From: Aerococcus sp.
Lineage (GTDB): Bacteria; Bacillota; Bacilli; Lactobacillales; Aerococcaceae
Length of the DNA stretch: 24,000 nt
Assembly: GCA_022768285.1 (NCBI GenBank)
Contig: JALEMJ010000017.1
Coordinates: 36,964 to 60,963 of the forward strand
Reading direction: 5' to 3'
This document shows, one piece after another, positions 8,736-17,800 of the stretch. The notes beneath the pieces are model-generated. The model made no database searches, was not told the DNA's origin, and saw only the letters and a list, made by a program, of their open reading frames with translations. Position 1 is the stretch's first letter. Each line of letters opens with the position of its first letter. The translations under genes and the position numbers were made by a program.

Positions 8736-10514
8736 TTAACGTGAGAAGGATTGCAATTGATACATCGTCCGATAATACCCATTCTGTGCGAGTAACTCAT
8801 CATGTGTCCCCGATTCAATAATTCGTCCGTGCTTCAGTACATAGATTCTATCGGCATCTTTAATCGTTGACAACCGGTGCGCAATCATAATGGTCGTGCG
8901 ACCACGACGCAAATTTTCGAGACCAGATTGAATGCGCTGTTCGGTTTCCGTATCAATATTTGCGGTTGCCTCATCAAGAATCAAAATTTTAGGTTCACGG
9001 AGAATCGTTCTTGAAAAACTAATCAATTGTTTTTCTCCGGTAGAAAAGGCTTTACCGCCTTCGATAACTTTTGAATCATAGCCATCATCTAAGCTACAAA
9101 TAAACTGATCGGCATGCGCAAAACGTGCTGCCGCATCAATTTGATTCATCGGATAGTTGCCATGTAGGCGAATATTGTCAGCGATATTCCCATAAAACAT
9201 GAAACTATCTTGCAATACTAAACCGATGTTTTTTCGGATATCTTGCATCGAAATATCTCGAATATCCTGATCATCAATCTTAACATCACCCGAATGATAT
9301 TCATAAAAGCGCATGAGTACATTGATAATTGAACTTTTTCCTGAGCCAGTCTGCCCCACAAAGGCAATGGTTTCACTAGGATTAGCAGTGATATTAATAT
9401 CATGCAATACGTCATTCTCGCCATCATAAGAAAAGTTCAAATGACGAATTTCAACTTTACCGTCCGTGATCTTACCTACAGCGTTAGGATTGGACTCTGG
9501 AGCATGGACGTCTTCTCTTGTCATTAAATTACGAACACGCGAACCCGAGACTAAGCCGTCCTGGTAAATACTCAAACTATCGAGCATCGCGCCGATTGGT
9601 GCAAAGAACGATTTTGAGTAAGAGACGAACGCATAGAGAATACCGACATCCCAAGCTGTATTAGATAATACTTGCACACCGAAGTGATGAAGCACAACCG
9701 TCAAGGCCACAGTTTCCAAAAAATTTACTGCTGGCTGTAATAATAAGGCGTTCATCGCGAACATACGTTTACGCCACTTCACGTATTCCTGATTCACATC
9801 GTCAAACTCTTCAGCCATGCGCTTTTCTTGGCCAAATTGCTGAATAATCCCCATTCCGGAAATACTTTCACTCAGCTTTGCATTTAGGCCACTCAAGGCT
9901 TCGCGCATGCGACTGTAAACGATGGTACTCCACTTCTGATAGATATACACCAAAAGTAACACAATTGGCATGAATGCGATAAATATCCAAGCCATTGACG
10001 CATTCAATGAAAACATAGCGATTGCAATAGCTACCACATTTCCGACGTTTTCTACAACAACGAGGAATACTTGCCAAAAATCAACGATGGTTTCTGTATC
10101 ATTCGTGACTCGAGAGACCACCGTTCCGTTTGGCTCCTGATCGAAATAGCGCATCCCAAAATGAATCAAGCGATCGTAGAGGTCTTGACGCAAACTAGCC
10201 ACAGATTTCTGACTTGCTAATAAAAAGAGATAGTCCTTGTAGTACATAACCACGCTATCAATGGTCATAAGTATAAAATAAGCAACAACCGTCCAAAACG
10301 TTGTCTGTACTGTGACATTTCCCGTAGCAAGTTCACCATCGATGTAATTCTTAATGATGACCGGCAAATAAGCAACGATCCCTGCATTAACTAACGTAAA
10401 GACCAAGGAAACAGCAAATTTTAGCCATTCCGGTTTCGCATAGGAAAATAGAAACTTCAGAATTTGATTCTGTTCAGAAAAGGAGAACTTCATTAATCGT
10501 GATGATTTTTTCAT
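8736..10514 (-). CDS. Heterodimeric ABC exporter subunit, canonical Walker B (BmrD/YheH/LmrD-like)
   Basis: 592 aa, TMD-NBD fusion; Walker A GQTGSGKSS; Walker B ILILDEATANID; degenerate signature FSTGEKQ; overlaps the upstream subunit gene by 4 nt. Confidence 0.92.
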   Translation of the reverse strand: MKKSSRLMKFSFSEQNQILKFLFSYAKPEWLKFAVSLVFTLVNAGIVAYLPVIIKNYIDGELATGNVTVQTTFWTVVAYFILMTIDSVVMYYKDYLFLLASQKSVASLRQDLYDRLIHFGMRYFDQEPNGTVVSRVTNDTETIVDFWQVFLVVVENVGNVVAIAIAMFSLNASMAWIFIAFMPIVLLLVYIYQKWSTIVYSRMREALSGLNAKLSESISGMGIIQQFGQEKRMAEEFDDVNQEYVKWRKRMFAMNALLLQPAVNFLETVALTVVLHHFGVQVLSNTAWDVGILYAFVSYSKSFFAPIGAMLDSLSIYQDGLVSGSRVRNLMTREDVHAPESNPNAVGKITDGKVEIRHLNFSYDGENDVLHDINITANPSETIAFVGQTGSGKSSIINVLMRFYEYHSGDVKIDDQDIRDISMQDIRKNIGLVLQDSFMFYGNIADNIRLHGNYPMNQIDAAARFAHADQFICSLDDGYDSKVIEGGKAFSTGEKQLISFSRTILREPKILILDEATANIDTETEQRIQSGLENLRRGRTTIMIAHRLSTIKDADRIYVLKHGRIIESGTHDELLAQNGYYRTMYQLQSFSR

Positions 10515-12271
10515 GATTCTTCCGCCTCCCCTTGCATTTCTTGTTCAAGTTGTTGTTGTTGGAACATATCGTGATACCAACCATCATTCCGCGTGAGTAT
10601 CTCGTGCGTGCCGCGTTCAACAATCCGACCGTTATCGACAACGATAATTTCATCTGCATGCATAATCGAGCTTAATCGGTGAGCAGCGATAATCGTTGTA
10701 CGGTTTTGGCGGAGTCGTTTGAGATTAGCTAAGATTTCTGATTCAGTCTTCGCATCAACAGCAGATAGCGAATCGTCTAAGATCAGAATTTCGGGATCTA
10801 ACGCGAGCGCACGTGCTAAAGCAATACGTTGCTTTTGACCACCGGAGAGAGAAACACCGCGTTCTCCCATTTTAGTGTCATAACCTTCAGGAAAGTTTAT
10901 AATATCTTCGTCGATATCAGCCATCTCTGCATAGCGACGCACATCGTCATCGCTGAGCTCAGGACGCCCAAAGCGAATATTTTCGCGAATAGTCGTCGAG
11001 AAGAGAAAATTATCCTGTGGTACGTAACCAATAGATTGTGACAAGCTATCACTGGCATAATCCCTTAAATCGGTACTACCATAAGCGATTTTGCCCCGAT
11101 AGTTATCGTATTCGTGCATCAATAATTTAAAGATCGTACTCTTTCCAGAACCTGTACGTCCTGCGATTCCGAGCGTTTTTCCTGCTTCCAGTTGGAAATG
11201 CACATCAGAAAGATCTTGTTCATCACCATCCGGATACTGAAACGCATCAACATCAAAGGTGATATTCCCTTCAAGGCGCTTAAATACGGGATGATCAGGT
11301 TGTTTAATGTGCGAGACCTCATCGAGCAATTCAGAAATACGATCATAGGATGCATTTCCACGCTGCAATGTATTCACTAAACGGCCTAGCGCAATAAATG
11401 GCCACTGCATCATTCCTAAATAACTAAAGAATGAAATCAATTGTCCAATAGTAATTTCATTGCCGACAATGAGATATGTACCAAAAATAATCGCAATACA
11501 ATATGTCAACCCCATGATCCATTTAATAATTGGTAAATTAATTGAATCTACTTTGTAAGCCTGTCTATTTGCTTCTACAACCTGTTCTGTTTCACGCTGA
11601 AAATCTTGATTATCGTCATCTTCCTCACCGAAGGATTTAATGACCTTAATCCCACCGATACTCTCTTGCACATGATTGTTCATGTTAGAGAAGGCGGCAA
11701 GCGCATGACTGTAGCGGCGATTGACAATTTTACCCAAAGCTTGCGTAATCACGATCAATAGCGGCAGCGGCAAAATTGTCAGTAGCGTTAATCGCCAATC
11801 AATCAGTAAAATCATACTGACTAAAGTCACACCGCCCTGGGAGAACGTATCCGCAATAGAGATAATTCCCCCACCAGCCACAAATTTTAAGGCGTTTAAA
11901 TCATTTGTCGCATGAGCCATCAGATCACCCGTACGATATTTGTGATAGAATTGACTATCCATTTTTGTAAAGTGATCGAACAAGCGATTTCTTAAAATCG
12001 ATTCGAGTAAGGTTGAATTACCAAAAATCGCATTACGCCAAACATATCTCAGTATATACATTGCGATAGCTAAGCCGACAATTGCCAGTGTTTCAAATAG
12101 CAACAATTGATAAGTAAGTGAACCACCGATAACTTGGTCCGTCACCTGACCAACGATATAAGGCACTGCAGCATTGCAAATCGCTGTGATAAATAAACAG
12201 AGCACGGCAATACCATAACTTTTCCAGCGCATTTTGAAAAACCACGAAAGCTTTTTTAAAATATCAAACAT
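10511..12271 (-). CDS. Heterodimeric ABC exporter subunit, non-canonical Walker B (BmrC/YheI/LmrC-like)
   Basis: 586 aa, TMD-NBD fusion; Walker A GRTGSGKST; signature LSGGQKQ; Walker B ILILDDSLSAVD, with the catalytic Glu replaced by Asp. Confidence 0.92.
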   Translation of the reverse strand: MFDILKKLSWFFKMRWKSYGIAVLCLFITAICNAAVPYIVGQVTDQVIGGSLTYQLLLFETLAIVGLAIAMYILRYVWRNAIFGNSTLLESILRNRLFDHFTKMDSQFYHKYRTGDLMAHATNDLNALKFVAGGGIISIADTFSQGGVTLVSMILLIDWRLTLLTILPLPLLIVITQALGKIVNRRYSHALAAFSNMNNHVQESIGGIKVIKSFGEEDDDNQDFQRETEQVVEANRQAYKVDSINLPIIKWIMGLTYCIAIIFGTYLIVGNEITIGQLISFFSYLGMMQWPFIALGRLVNTLQRGNASYDRISELLDEVSHIKQPDHPVFKRLEGNITFDVDAFQYPDGDEQDLSDVHFQLEAGKTLGIAGRTGSGKSTIFKLLMHEYDNYRGKIAYGSTDLRDYASDSLSQSIGYVPQDNFLFSTTIRENIRFGRPELSDDDVRRYAEMADIDEDIINFPEGYDTKMGERGVSLSGGQKQRIALARALALDPEILILDDSLSAVDAKTESEILANLKRLRQNRTTIIAAHRLSSIMHADEIIVVDNGRIVERGTHEILTRNDGWYHDMFQQQQLEQEMQGEAEES

Positions 12272-12300
12272 AATGGTCTTCCTTTCACAATTAGAGAATA

Positions 12301-12331
12301 AAAAGAAAAGACCGGTATAACTACCAGCCTT
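12301..12331 (-). terminator. Intrinsic terminator downstream of the yneF-like gene (minus strand)
   Basis: Minus strand AAGGCTGGTA-GTTA-TACCGGTCTT + TTCTTTT; 10 bp stem including two G-T pairs. Confidence 0.82.
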
Positions 12332-12343
12332 AAACTAAAGACT

Positions 12344-12565
12344 CTATTTTTTATTAACCATCTTCATAGAATGAACAATTTGTTGGACTTTCTTTTCAGA
12401 AGGTTTTTGCCCCATTTGAGCCATCATTACACGAATCATTTCTGGTGAAATTGGTGGATTCTCTTGGAAGTAGTTCATAATGTATTTACGAGCAATGAAG
12501 AATCCTAAAATCATACCAACGATCAGCGCGATAATCACAACAAAAATCCATGCTGCTGTTGTCAT
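12344..12565 (-). CDS. yneF: UPF0154 (YneF-like) small membrane protein
   Basis: 73 aa; N-terminal TM segment then ARKYIMNYFQENPPISPEMIRVMMAQMGQKPSEKKVQQI, the diagnostic YneF family sequence. Confidence 0.92.
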   Translation of the reverse strand: MTTAAWIFVVIIALIVGMILGFFIARKYIMNYFQENPPISPEMIRVMMAQMGQKPSEKKVQQIVHSMKMVNKK

Positions 12566-12607
12566 CTATCTATATCCTCCTCTACTGTTTACAGATTGTC
12601 AACGTTC

Positions 12608-12636
12608 ATAATACTAGAAAAATAACTATTTAACAA
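12608..12636 (-). promoter_or_regulatory. Predicted sigma-A promoter for the yneF-like gene: TTGTTA - 17 nt - TATTAT (minus strand)
   Basis: + strand ataata at 12608-12613 and taacaa at 12631-12636; 17 nt spacer. Confidence 0.6.
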
Positions 12637-12640
12637 TCAC

Positions 12641-13600
12641 TTAGTCTGTCTCATTCGTCCACAGCGGGTGCAATTGTGCAATCACATTCTGAAAAGTTGC
12701 GGGTAACGTGCTCTCGATCATTAACGGCTGATGTGTCACCGGGTGATTAAATGCCAAGCGTTGCGCATATAGTAATTGCCCTTTGTCAGTGAAAAAACGC
12801 GGACGATATTCCGTTGCGTACACCGGATCGTCACAAATTGGGTGATTGATATAACGCATATGTACACGAATCTGATGCGTGCGCCCTGTTTCTAGTCGAA
12901 AAGCAACCAGTGATAGTCCTTCTTCATATTGCTGAAGCACCTTAAAATGTGTGATCGCTGGCTTACCCGTTGAAATCGCTGTAAATCGCAAGCGCTGTTT
13001 AGGATCTCTACCAATCGGCGCGTCAATCGTTCCGCTTTTTTCCGAAAACGCGCCATAAACTAAACCTAAATATGTCCGTTGAATATCATGCACCTGAAAT
13101 TGTTCAAACAATGTCTGATAAGCTTGTGGCGACTTAGCGACTATCATTAGACCGCCTGTATCTTTATCAAGTCGATGGACGATACCAGGCCGAAACGTTT
13201 CATCGCCAACAGGTAAGTCAAAATGATGGTCCTCAGCATACCCGAGTAAATCGTTGACAAGCGTTACCCCTTCATTCTGTGATGTTGGATGAACAACTTG
13301 CCCCTGAGGCTTATTGACTACCATAAGGTCATCATCCTCGTATTTAATATCCAACGGGGAATGTGTCACTAATAGTTTTTTGCCCGCCACCTCAGGCTCA
13401 TCCGTTATGAATGTAATTTCATCACCAACATTAACTAGCGCACTCGGCTTGACGGTGTGGTCATTCACCCGCACTTGTCCTGTTTTGATCGCCTTTGTTA
13501 TGCGACTGCGACTCAAATCAGCCCAGATTTCCGATAAATATCGATCGATGCGCTGAGCGGTTTCAACTTCCACTTTATGCGTCCGTTGTTGTGTCATCAC
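12641..13600 (-). CDS. rluD: RluA/RluD family 23S rRNA pseudouridine synthase
   Basis: N-terminal S4-like domain (RIDRYLSEIWADLSRSRITKAIKTGQVRVN); catalytic motif PGIVHRLDKDTGGLMIVAKS; adjacent to lspA as in many Firmicutes. Confidence 0.9.
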   Translation of the reverse strand: MMTQQRTHKVEVETAQRIDRYLSEIWADLSRSRITKAIKTGQVRVNDHTVKPSALVNVGDEITFITDEPEVAGKKLLVTHSPLDIKYEDDDLMVVNKPQGQVVHPTSQNEGVTLVNDLLGYAEDHHFDLPVGDETFRPGIVHRLDKDTGGLMIVAKSPQAYQTLFEQFQVHDIQRTYLGLVYGAFSEKSGTIDAPIGRDPKQRLRFTAISTGKPAITHFKVLQQYEEGLSLVAFRLETGRTHQIRVHMRYINHPICDDPVYATEYRPRFFTDKGQLLYAQRLAFNHPVTHQPLMIESTLPATFQNVIAQLHPLWTNETD

Positions 13601-14052
13601 TTTACTCCATCATCTTGGCCTAGGATGATATAACCAATTAGTAAAATCACACCGCATGTGATGGCAGTATCTGCGACATTGAAAATCGGAAAATTAATAA
13701 AATCCAATCTAAACATGTCCACCACGTAATTTAGACGTAAACGATCAATGAAGTTACCGATTGCACCGGCAATGATCAGTGAGAAGCTCAAAGAATACCA
13801 CACATTGATCTGGGACTGCGTATGCAACATCCACAATAAGCAGCCAACTACAATAAATGTGACGATAAAGAAGAACCACATCTTCCCTTCAAAAATACCC
13901 CACGCTGCACCACTATTTTGAATATGAAATAGTGAGACAATGCCTGGAATTAAAGGCTGCGTGCCACCAATTGGGAGATAGCGCACAGTTAACCACTTTA
14001 CTAATTGATCCAAACCGACCATTAATGCCATGACGACATAATATACCCACAT
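13597..14052 (-). CDS. lspA: Lipoprotein signal peptidase (signal peptidase II)
   Basis: 151 aa; catalytic Asp motifs GAIGNFIDRLRLNYVVDMF and FNVADTAI. Confidence 0.95.
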   Translation of the reverse strand: MWVYYVVMALMVGLDQLVKWLTVRYLPIGGTQPLIPGIVSLFHIQNSGAAWGIFEGKMWFFFIVTFIVVGCLLWMLHTQSQINVWYSLSFSLIIAGAIGNFIDRLRLNYVVDMFRLDFINFPIFNVADTAITCGVILLIGYIILGQDDGVK

Positions 14053-14058
14053 GAAAAG

Positions 14059-14679
14059 TTATGCCTCCTTTGCGCCAGCCTTCGCTAGACGATCTGCATA
14101 TTCATTATAATATACGCCTCGATGCGCCGGAACTTTAACGAACGAAATGCTAATATGTGTCGTCGCTTGTTGCATATACTCATGATAGGATTGCGTATAT
14201 GAATTATTACGTCGCCATTCACCTAATGCCCAACTTCTAATTCCTTTATAATCATAAAAGAGCGTAATTTTAGTCATGTTATTCTGGATTGCATCCCGAA
14301 CCGCACGCATAGCCGCTGACATTTCGCCCGCAACATTTCGCAATGCGACTAACTCTAGGTCTTTGCTGCCGCCGTTAAATGTTCGTACCTCAGAAGGATA
14401 AATTAGAATACCACCATAGCCATAAGCCTGACGGTCCGTTAAGAAGCTCCCATCAATAAATGCCCAGCATTCCCCTTGTGGTGGCATTTCACCCTTGTCA
14501 GGGATTTTAGCCCCCGCATTGCCGTTCTGAAGATACTGTTCAGCTTCATCACGTGTCTTAAAAGACTTGTATTCCGCTTCCGGATAATGCATGATCTGTT
14601 TCTGACAGTCGGCCCATGTCTGATAAATCCCTGGTTTGCGTCCAATTCTAACGGCGTAAAACTTTTGTTTTGCTCCCAT
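14059..14679 (-). CDS. RNase HI-like protein with N-terminal viroplasmin/caulimovirus-type (RNase H1 N-terminal) domain
   Basis: N-terminal FYAVRIGRKPGIYQTWADCQKQIMHYPEAEYKSFKTRDEAEQYL is the RNH1 N-domain. The C-terminal region carries D-E-D-D positions (FIDGSF, GEMSAAMRAV, FYDYKGI, NEYADRLAKAG). Confidence 0.9.
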   Translation of the reverse strand: MGAKQKFYAVRIGRKPGIYQTWADCQKQIMHYPEAEYKSFKTRDEAEQYLQNGNAGAKIPDKGEMPPQGECWAFIDGSFLTDRQAYGYGGILIYPSEVRTFNGGSKDLELVALRNVAGEMSAAMRAVRDAIQNNMTKITLFYDYKGIRSWALGEWRRNNSYTQSYHEYMQQATTHISISFVKVPAHRGVYYNEYADRLAKAGAKEA

Positions 14680-14695
14680 GCATGCATCTCCCTAC

Positions 14696-14721
14696 AAAAA
14701 AAAGCTGTGCAATTCACAGCT
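14696..14721 (-). terminator. Intrinsic terminator downstream of tRNA-Gly
   Basis: Minus strand AGCTGTG-aattg-CACAGCT followed by 7-8 T residues. Confidence 0.88.
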
Positions 14722-14740
14722 CTTTCTCATCATTATACTA

Positions 14741-14811
14741 AGCGGGTAACGAGAATCGAACTCGCGACGACAGCTTGGGAAGCTGTAGTTTTACCACTAA
14801 ACTATACCCGC
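14741..14811 (-). tRNA. tRNA-Gly, anticodon CCC
   Basis: Minus strand GCGGGTATAGTTTAGTGGTAAAACTACAGCTTCCCAAGCTGTCGTCGCGAGTTCGATTCTCGTTACCCGCT. Perfect 7 bp acceptor (GCGGGTA/TACCCGC), anticodon arm ACAGC-TTCCCAA-GCTGT, TTCGATT T-loop with GCGAG/CTCGT stem. No encoded CCA. Confidence 0.93.
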
Positions 14812-14828
14812 AATCAACAACAGAGACT

Positions 14829-14837
14829 ATTATAGCA
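14829..14837 (-). promoter_or_regulatory. Extended -10 (TGCTATAAT) for the tRNA-Gly gene
   Basis: + strand attatagca at 14829-14837 (minus TGCTATAAT), about 18 nt upstream of the mature tRNA 5' end. No convincing -35. Confidence 0.55.
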
Positions 14838-14896
14838 CTGTTCCTTACGAAATGCTATACCCTGTTGTTAAATTTTTCTATCTAAAGAACATTCTC

Positions 14897-17800
14897 CTAC
14901 AAGTTACTACGTAAATCATCTGTTAAAAAATCATACGCTTCAAAATTATTGAGTGAGATCAATACATTATGTGTTACTTTCTTCTTTAGGATACTGTGTA
15001 GCGCATAATTATAAATCAATAATTGAAGCCGATATTTCTTAAATAACTCTTCCCGGCCATTTTCCCCTAGTTTGTCAGTCTTATAGTCAAAAAGCCATAC
15101 TTCATCACTACCATCTATGAAGTATCCATCGATGATCCCGTGAATAATCATATTATCATCTGACGAAAAATCCGCACTCGGAAGATTCAACCATGCTTGG
15201 TACTGTTCAGGTGAAATACTCAATGCAAACGGGCGCTCACGATGAAGGTTTTGTGCATTATCAATGATCTTTTTGCCGATAATATCATTGGTGAAGAAAA
15301 AGTTTGCCAACTTATCATATACATTCTTAGGATATATCCCTTCATGTACTTCATCAGTTGCTACTAAGCGATCCGCAACTATCTTGAAATCAGTAGATAT
15401 CGGATAGTAATCAAAAGGCATTTCTTCCAACAATCGGTGCATCGCTATCCCGTATTCTGTAGAGGATACATCAACCGACTCACTGGAATTTGAACCAGAT
15501 CCTCCATCCTTATTGTTCTTATCAATAAAATTAGGTTTTACCCAATTAAGTGCTCTACTTCGAGTATCTTTTTTATCGTTGGCGTCTTCCGGTATGATAT
15601 GAGGATTATCTTTTTCGTTCATATGCTCATCATCGAAATGAACTTGTTTTCGTTTAAGATCACTTACCGATTGATTACTCTCCATTGTAATCGCATCAGA
15701 ATAAGCATAGTTAAAATCTAGCGGTGACTGATACAATTTTTGCGAATAAGTGCCCTTCTCTGAATGACTCTGATCGACGACGCTCACTTTATCAAGCGCT
15801 GGCATTTCGTGGTGAATAGCATACGTGCCAAAGACTTCACCATCTTTTTCTAGAGCATATTCATCTTCGGTGATTTTTGATGCATAAGGATACAATGCAT
15901 CATGTACCCACTGCCAATTACTCTTACTCTTTATGCGTTCCTCAAGAGAAAGTATGCCTTCTGTGCGCGGTTCGGATTCTTTTTCGCCCTTTTTCTTGCA
16001 AGCTATAACGATTAATTTTTTCTCGGCACGTGTTAGAGCGACATAGAGTTTTCGAATTTCTTCAGAATAACTCTGCTGTTTCTCATCTTTTTTCGTCATC
16101 CCAAAAATCGGTGAATCAATTACACGAATGTTTTTTCGGTCGAAGATACGCACACCGAGGCCGTATTTGTCACTCACAACATAAGGTTTCTGCTGAAAGT
16201 CATTCGTATTGAATTCGTGCGCAGCATCAAAGTAGATAACAATCGGATACTCGAGTCCCTTGCTGCTATGTACGGTCATCAATTCAACGGCATTGCTATT
16301 CGGATTCAAGTCCTGTGGTGTTTCGATATCCTTATTCTGAGCCTCAATCTCCTCGATGTAGCGAATAAACTGGAACAATCCACGTTGACCCTGTTTTTCA
16401 AAATCGATAGCTAATTGAATCATTCCGTATAGGTTACTACGACGCTGTTCACTGTGCGATTGGGCACTCACCAGCGTTAAATAATTCGTATCGCGATAAA
16501 TGCGCCACAGTAATTCTGAAAGATTAGCGGTGCGATTATAGTTTTGCCATTTATCAAGCCAATTATTCAATTTCTCGATCTTTTCATAAAGCTCTGAATG
16601 GTCTGTTTTGTTTTCTTCATGTTTCAAGAATACATATAATGCTCGGAAAAACGGCTGTCCCTTAGTATTTACCCTTCTTGGTTCACCAGTTTCATTATCT
16701 GCTTTATCCGGTAAATTATCACTAAATATCCGAATTTGCGCCAGTTCAGGTTCAGTAACCCCCACAATCGGAGAACGCAGCGCAGCTACTAGTGGAATAT
16801 CTTGGCGTTGGTTATCGATTAGTTGTAAAAGCGAGACAACCGTCATAATCTCTGTACGTTTGAAATAATCCTCTCGCTTATCCTGATGGACTGGAATTCC
16901 AACGTCATTAAATACTTTTTCGATCTCGCTATAACTACCACGTGTGTTTGTAAGAATGGCGATATCAGAATACTGAATTGGTGAGCCATCTTCTTCAGCT
17001 TCATCATGACCAACTAATTTTTTACCGATCAATTGTTGAATACGTTCTGCAGCGATATAGGCTTGGCTTTCAATTTTAGAAAGCGGCTGTTCCTGTTCGC
17101 TGTCATCTGTTTCAACCACATGGACTTCAGGCAATAATTCATTGTGTAGTGAATCAGCTGTTTTATTAGTCTCCAACTGCGCTAAGGAATAATTAAAGCC
17201 ACCTAATTCACTATCCATTAAGCGATTGAAGATAGTATTGACGAAATTGATAACTTCCGGTTCACTTCGGAAGTTAGTTTTTAATTCAATTAAGCAATCA
17301 TTATTATCTTCAGCACTATATTCTTCATACTTGTCACTAAATAGTGATGGATTTGAATAACGGAAACGATAAATGCTCTGTTTCACATCACCTACCATGA
17401 AGCGATATTTTGCGTCATCATCTTCGCCAATTAGACGTAATATTTCTTCCTGTAAATCGTTAACGTCTTGATACTCATCGATCAGGACTTCATCGATATG
17501 CTCATGATAGTAGTCACGTGCTTCATACTGATCATCATCATTTTGGGCATTCAAAATCTCTAACGCTTTTAATTCAATACCTGCAAAATCGAGCACTTTC
17601 TTATCCGCCATCTTAGCATTCATTCTGTCTAAAAATGCTTTAGCAAGAACTATGATGCTGTTTACAATTTCGCGAAGCTGTTCAGTAATCTCTTGCTGAA
17701 TTTCAAGCGAAAATCCGAAGAATTTATCGTATGTTTCTTTAATTTGTTTAGGTTTATATAGGGCGTTACCTTTAGAAACCTTTTCTTTTACCGGCTCAAA

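Noticed and set aside
8727-8749. Inverted repeat CCTTCaCAC-ttaac-GTGaGAAGG across the stop codon of the 592 aa ABC subunit
   Set aside because: It has a mismatch in the stem and no T-tract on either strand. Too weak to call a terminator without folding and expression data.
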